DNA of 64,000 nt. Source: Squalus acanthias. Lineage: Eukaryota. Below the pieces are notes generated by a model that did not search any database, was not told where the DNA came from, and saw nothing but the letters and a program-made list of their open reading frames with translations. Of the stretch, positions 57,841-64,000 are shown piece by piece. A program made the position numbers and the translations under genes. Numbering within the stretch: position 1 is the stretch's first letter; each line of letters starts with the position of its first letter. Location: contig CM059432.1 in assembly GCA_030390025.1 (NCBI GenBank), positions 123,134,001 to 123,198,000 on the forward strand, in the 5' to 3' direction.

Positions 57841-59417
57841 GTGTAGCCACAAAGTTTACCACTTATAAATAATTCTAATGATACATATAGTCTAATAAAG
57901 TTAACGGAGTGTACTCTTCACGTTTCAATTGTGGAGCTGCGAGTGGACAAGGCAGGTTTCTTCCACCTTGTTTTGAACTTTGCTTGCACATTTAATCTTG
58001 AAGCCAACATAACTCAAGAGAGCTGTTCATCAGCCATGTGATGTGCATTAGGCAAAGCAGCTTGGGTCTGTCCTTGGTGTGTTTTCTGTGAGTTGGTGTG
58101 CAGAGGACATACACACTTTCGAGCAGGTTTTTACCTCTGCAGAAAGCATTCCCAACCCACCGGAACTGCTACTGGTATAATTCCAGAGAGAGATCTCCGA
58201 CCCATGAGATGGTCATTAGGGGTAGAATTAAGATGGCTGACCCCAAAGATGATCTAGTAGCAGGTGGTGCCATAGCTATTCAGCCGCATCACTAGAGATT
58301 GAGCAAGAACTCAGATTTATCTGCCCTTGAGTAGAGCAGAAAGGGCCACTTTGGGTTATGGCAATTCCCATATTCTCTAGTTTATAAAAAACACCCAAAT
58401 CAAGAGCATAGTGCTAACATTGCCTCCACAGGATCCCAACATGTCAGAATTTTTCCATATGTTGAATACGTTCTTCATGGTTTGTGAGGCTTTGATCACA
58501 TCGGATATTCAAGGCACATTTGTGGTTTTTGTCCTTTGCTGAATTGGAGGCCACCTTGACTCCTGTTAAGTGATGGGAGTTGTCCTCATGCCCTTCTCAT
58601 CAAAGTCAAGATCATTATAAACGTTTACTGGGCGGCTTCAGCGCCATTTGGATTAGGTGACAAAACCCAAGTCTGTTTTTGGATGTGTGAATGGCAGCTG
58701 ATAACAAACCAGTTGATTCAATTTGTGATGATAAGAATCAGAGGGCTGCTAGCAGCTCATTTCAGAATAATATTGACAGAGAGAGATCAGAAAAAGGGGA
58801 AAGCAAAGGATCAGGGAGGCTTATTCTCTCTGAGTGTTATGTCTGAGGTTAGGTAGCCACGTTGCCCAATGTTGTACTGTTAACTACTGCCAGTCTGACT
58901 GCCATTCATGACCACTTCCTTATTTTGTCCAGCCATCTTTTCCTTGATCTTTCTCTTGTTTTTTTGGATTTTTACTGCTCCTTGCATAATTGTCTTGTCT
59001 TGGTGGCCTCCCTCCCCTATGTCAAGTATTGGAGTTTCCTTTCCTTACTTGGTGAGCACCATTCTCACAATGTCTCAAACACCCATTTGTTGCAACTTTT
59101 AGTGGTTTACGGGAATCTGGAAGTCCCACATTCAAAGGCTTTAACATGTTTTCAGTGACCATGCTTTACATCCATAGAGAACTTCTGGCCACATCATAGA
59201 TTCCAGATGTCTCTTTGTTTCACAGATAATCCTCTGCGCTTCCAAATCTTGTTCAAAGTTTAAGCTGCCTTTCTCACTAGGGCCAATCTAATTCTTATCT
59301 CTTCTAAATACGTGCTGTGTGACCCAAGATCACTAATAGCAGCATCAGCTGGTTTGTTTGATCCTATCTCCGTTTGCTAGTATGTCCACTCTAATTGATG
59401 CCATGCTAAATAACACT

Positions 59418-60148
59418 GGGCAGGATCTTGCTGGAAAAATAACAGCGTGTTAACGACGCACGCCATTATTAATTTGCAAATCGGTCAACAACTTCAGGGG
59501 ATTAAGAGATATGCTGTGATTTGCACATCTCCAGAATTTGTTGGTCGATTTATCGCTGGCCGCTCTGCCGTTTGCTTTGCAGAAAAGTCATCTCGCCTTT
59601 AGCCTCTCCATTATTTTTAAGAATTTGCTGGGTTTTCACATTAATTGGTCATTAGACTTGCTGCAGAGAGTTATGTCTGGTAATTAAGAACATAAGTACC
59701 TTTTTAACATTTGTTAATGCAATGCCAATTAACCCCTCTGGCCTTAAAAGGGAACAATTTAAATGGTTCAATCTCATTCCTGCATGTTGTAAATTGTTGT
59801 TAGAGATTTTAAAAATGTCAAATTTAAAGTGTTTACATTTTTTTTACTTTTCCGTTCAATCACTTTTCTCTCTCTCAATCTGATATTTCTTTCCCTCTCT
59901 TTATTTCTTTTTCTGTACTTGATTTGACTCTAATTCACCCTCGTTCTCAGTCCTTCCTCTGTTTCTTTCTCAATCCTTAAATCTCATTGGTTAAGGAGAT
60001 ACACTGTTGGTCCCACTGTTCACTCAGGTCCCAGATGCCCCATTGCCCTCACCATGCCATTATCAACTCGCACTTCCAGCAAGTTACAGAGCAAAAATGT
60101 TTTGAGTTGAAGGGTGCAGATACAGGTCTAACTAACAATTTCCAGCCC
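59418..60148. mobile_element. MITE-like insertion within the RTE relic
   Basis: Ends GGGCAGGATCTTG / CAATTTCCAGCCC form an imperfect TIR; RTE sequence lies on both sides. Confidence 0.55.
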
Positions 60149-61104
60149 ATTATGTTTAATTCCCTGGATTTATAGTTGCCAGTCTGCCCACTAGTAGCTG
60201 TAGTTCTCTCATTTTCAGCCATGATTACAATGTCATCTGCATACCTCAGGTTGTTAAACTTTCTGTTTCTGACTTTTATGCCTCCTTGAAAGCCTCCAAG
60301 GGCTATCCTCACAAGCATCTAGGAATAGATATAAACAGGTAGGGGAGAGGATCCACACCTCAATTTCTCAATCCTAATTTCTGCTAAAAATACACTGAGT
60401 GTTCTCACTGTTGAACTTTATTTGCCATAGAGGTTCTTAAGGAGTCTTATGATGTGTTTGAAGAAGCCCATGTGTTTCATTTCCTCATGGCATTTCATAT
60501 TGACTTCTAGTAGCAACTTGTCAGTATGTGAAATAACGGTTATAATTCTGCACTTCGTGCCTGTTCTTACTATATCTCCCTTCTTGACTATCGGTACAAG
60601 CTTCCATTTCTTTCATTCATCTGGTTATTCAAATTTGCCATGGCTTCTTGCAGATCTTGACGAACTTTCTAACCATTTAATTTCTTCCTCTTTTTATCAG
60701 TTTGCTTGTGCTATCAGACGCCTGGAGTTTTATGTGCTTGATTGCAGCTTCAATTTCGGCTTCGGTAGGTGGAGTATCCATCTCTACTGTGCAAACTAAC
60801 AGATTTTCCTGGACGAGGGAACATGGGAGTCAGTGCCCCCGCATAGGCTCTCACAGTATTCATCCCATCTGTTTTAATGGCTTCACTCTCAGCCAAGACA
60901 GTACCTCTTTTACCCTTTAGCGTGTCACACTAATATCTAAATTCTCCTACAAATCCTTTTATGATGTGAAAAAACCTCTTGTGATCATTTTGTTTCACTC
61001 TAGTTTCCATTTTCTTGCATCGTTTTCTCAATTCTTTTTCCTTGTCATCCCTTATTGACTTTTGAAATACCTTGTCTGATTCTTTGCGACTGTCGGATTT
61101 CTTC

Positions 61105-61440
61105 ACCCTTTCTCACTTTGAGGTTCCTTCTCTCTTTCAGATGAGATGTTAAGCCAAGGCCCTATCGGCCTGCTCAGGTGGATGCAAAAGATCCCGTACC
61201 ACTATTTGAAGAATAGCAGCGAATTCTCCCAGTGTCCTGGCCAACATCACCATCAAGAAATGATTATTTGATCATTTATTCATTTGCTGTTTGTGGGGCC
61301 TTGCTATGTGCAAAATGGCTGCTGCATTTACCTGCATAATAACACGGCCTGCACTTTAAAAGTAATCCATTGGTTGTAAAATCTTTGGGATGTCCTGAGG
61401 ATGTGATAAAGTGCTATATAAATGAACATTATTTTTTTCT
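61105..61440 (+). mobile_element. SINE (SacSINE1/DeuSINE-like) inside the RTE relic
   Basis: ctttcagatgagatgttaagccaaggccc..caggtggatgcaaaagatccc..gtgctatataaatg; reverse complement of 9842-10260. Confidence 0.7.
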
Positions 61441-63366
61441 TTGCTAAGATTTAACATGCTTTCTGTGATCCAATCTACCTTCCTCTTGTTTCTTTACTTG
61501 AGGACTGTTTCCTCAGTGGCTTTGAAAATATCTTTTCCTACTTCAGTTTATAGTTCATTTAGTTCCTGCTATTCAGATATTCCAAAAATGTTAATTGTTG
61601 CTGATCTTGATATATTTTTCACTACACTTGCCCTGTATTAGGACTGGATTTTCTTTTTTAGTTTAATTGTAACCTGTAGTTGGTGATCACTGCCACAATT
61701 TGCTCCAAGAAGGTTCTCATAGTTCCTAATGCTGCTCTTCCACCTCTGTCTGACCAGAATGAAATCCATTTGGTTTCTTTTGAGTCCATCCAGGATTATC
61801 TAGGAGCATTTATTCTACTAAACAGGATTCTTGCTACCATTAGACTGGTGTCAATGCAGAACTCAATCAGACTCTCTAGTTTCCTTGCTCTTGTCTATTA
61901 CACTTCTCTGAAACAGTTGTTTCCAAGTTTTGCATTGAAGTTTCCCATGATATCCCAGGATATCCTGTTTTGGTGTAGCCTCAAGTGTCTCGGCTGGTTT
62001 GGTTAAAAGTATTTTAACATTTTAATATTCTGTGATCAATGTTGGGGCAAAGACATGGCTGATGGTTATGTTTGTAGGTCTTCCTTGGTGCCTCACGGTG
62101 AGGGTTCTCTGATTTACTCTGCTGGAACCTAGCAGAGATTTTGCTGTTTGTTTTCTCATATTTGCCACATTGCGCACATATCCTGATAATAAGTGTGTAC
62201 ATTCAGTCCACCTCACTTTTGTCAGTCCGAGCATCTCTATTTGGTAGCTTCTGTTTTCATTTTCCACCATCCTCAGATTACGAGTTTGATAACACCATAC
62301 TTACATTTCAGCATCCTATTTTGTTGGCACTTAACTTCAGATTCTGACTGGAGGTAACCTGATTTATTTCAGTTGCTTAGTCTGGGTTCACCTAGAGTAC
62401 GACACTTTACCATTTCTCTTCACCTAGTCCAGGGTCCCCTCTCCCTTCCTCCCATCCCACTGGGGCACCTGATCACATGATGATGGCCCAGACATCACGT
62501 TATGGCACACTGTCCTCTCTGGTAGGATACTCACTCCAAAAGCTTAAGTGAAATACCGGCGCTTTGACCTTCTTTGTAAATTAAATTCATCCTGTAACAA
62601 GTGATCACTCCACCGTATCATAAACCTTTACAATGCCTGCTTGTTCTCCCCTTACCGAGTTTTTAATTTAGCTTGTCAGGGCAAACATGATAATTAATTG
62701 CAAAGCATGATTACACAGACCATAGTTTTCAAAGCAGGTAACATGTTTTGCAATCCACTTTGCCAGACAGCAAGGCCCCTTAAAAATTTAGTTCCGTCAA
62801 CATCCCCACAGCACAACCTGCGAGGATTGACGCTGAAAAAGAATTTATCCCAATAATAATTTTTCTCACTGCATACTCAGTAAAGAGTATTATTGCAAAA
62901 TATATTAATTACCAAACAGACTGAGCAGTGGCAATGAAGGAGCTGAGAGTGAGGTTGCCAGTTGGGGAAGTTATTTTGCGGGATGTCTTTGTAAGGTTGT
63001 GGTTCAGAGAACGAGAAGATTCTTTTATTTTTACAAGGGAAAATTCCTGCAGGCAATGTCTTGCTTCACAGTTTGATTGTCTTATGTCAACTTTCCTAGT
63101 TTAATGAATATTTAAATTGTCATTGTCTGGCCTAATTTGTGAAGTAAGGAGGTGTGGCTCGGATATTTATTTTTTATTTATTAAAAGCAAAAAGTGATCT
63201 GAATTGAGTATCTTCCAGGTTGTCTCAAAAATCCTGAAATCTGGTTCCATTTGAGTAACTTGGGTGCAGCAGTGCACATTCCTTTAAATAAAAATCAACA
63301 CACAAAAGCAGACATCTGGGATTGTGGATGTCCAATCACTGTTGGCTTTCGTGACAATATTCACAA

Positions 63367-63781
63367 AAAGCAAAATGCTGCAGAGGCTGGAAATCTGAAG
63401 AAAAAAAAATCCAGAAAATGCTGGAAACACTCAGCAGATCAGGCACCATCTGTGGAGAGAAACAGCCAAGTTGATGTTTTGGGTGCAGCGCCTCTCTCAA
63501 AACTAATTTGCCTGTTCTCTCTGCAGATGCTGTTTGAGCTGCTGAGTGTTTCCAGAATGTTATGCTTTTGTTTCAGTGATGACGTGCTGTAATTCATCTA
63601 ATCCCTGGCACTATAGTTTCAGCTCTGGCTTCATGAAGTCTCAAATTTGAGGTCTTAAGGAGCTTAAAGTAGGAGCAAAAGCAAAATACCGCAGATGCTG
63701 GAAATCTGAAATAAAAACAGAAAATGTTAGAAATACTCAGCAGGTCAGGCAGCATCTGTGGAGAGAGAAACAGAGTTAACG
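63367..63781. mobile_element. Cluster of Penelope family B-like terminal repeats (inverted pair plus a further copy)
   Basis: gctggaaatctgaa..aaatgctggaaacactcagcagatcaggca at 63387-63460, inverted at 63510-63575, repeated at 63676-63781; similar to 49612-49681. Confidence 0.6.
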
Positions 63782-63784
63782 GTG

Positions 63785-64000
63785 GGGGGGGGGGGGAATT
63801 TTTCAGAGGGTCAGCGGGCACGTTCGGTGGCGGGTCGGGAGGGGGGAAATTTTTTTTTTTGACCGGGTCGGGTCTGTCAGTGCTGAACAGACCCGACATG
63901 CAGTGGTGGGGGAGGTAATTCAGGTCATTATGACCTTGTTAACAGCCCATTAAGAACTATTTTGAGCTCACCTTTACATTTTACGAGGTCACCCATGGGA
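63785..64000. repeat. Start of a GC-rich MITE-like repeat cut by the window end
   Basis: Begins GGGGGGAATTTT, like the TIR of 41394-42228. Confidence 0.4.

Larger units (their letters stand above)
58850..62330 (-). mobile_element. Degenerate RTE-clade LINE, interrupted by a MITE and a SINE
   Basis: Minus remnants IEMLGLTKVRWT (APE start) and GGIKVRNRKFNNLRYADDIVIMAEN (RTE-type YADD). Confidence 0.7.

Noticed and set aside
57950..58620. Possible additional old RTE-like LINE remnant (also 26330-26710)
   Set aside because: Too degenerate to support by eye.
50700..64000. DOK6 terminal coding exon expected by synteny
   Set aside because: No matching translation found by eye on the minus strand.
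1..64000. CRISPR arrays, rRNA genes, prokaryotic operons or defence systems
   Set aside because: The sequence is intron-containing vertebrate DNA. No regularly spaced repeats were seen, and the RT and endonuclease ORFs belong to LINE and Penelope elements.

Overview
Repeat-dense vertebrate genomic DNA, most likely from a cartilaginous fish (shark), judged from HE1/V-SINE-like and SacSINE1/DeuSINE-like SINEs and abundant CR1, L2 and Penelope elements. One host gene is supported: a + strand CD226 (DNAM-1)-like receptor with phase-compatible GT-AG exons for IgV1 (16948-17280), Ig2 (27544-27882), TM (45004-45097) and the cytoplasmic tail (45191-45251, 47707-47811, ending EAIYANL*). Its signal-peptide exon is not securely located. 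Most of the rest is transposon-derived: CR1 LINEs, L2 and RTE relics, two Penelope-like families carrying minimal hammerhead ribozyme motifs, a solo LTR with a 4-bp TSD, Harbinger-like MITEs with 3-bp TSDs, and SINEs, often nested. One near-full-length CR1 has ORF1 and ORF2 fused into a single 1198-aa frame by a deletion. All family names come from motif recognition by eye, not database searches, and repeat boundaries are approximate unless a TSD or TIR is given.
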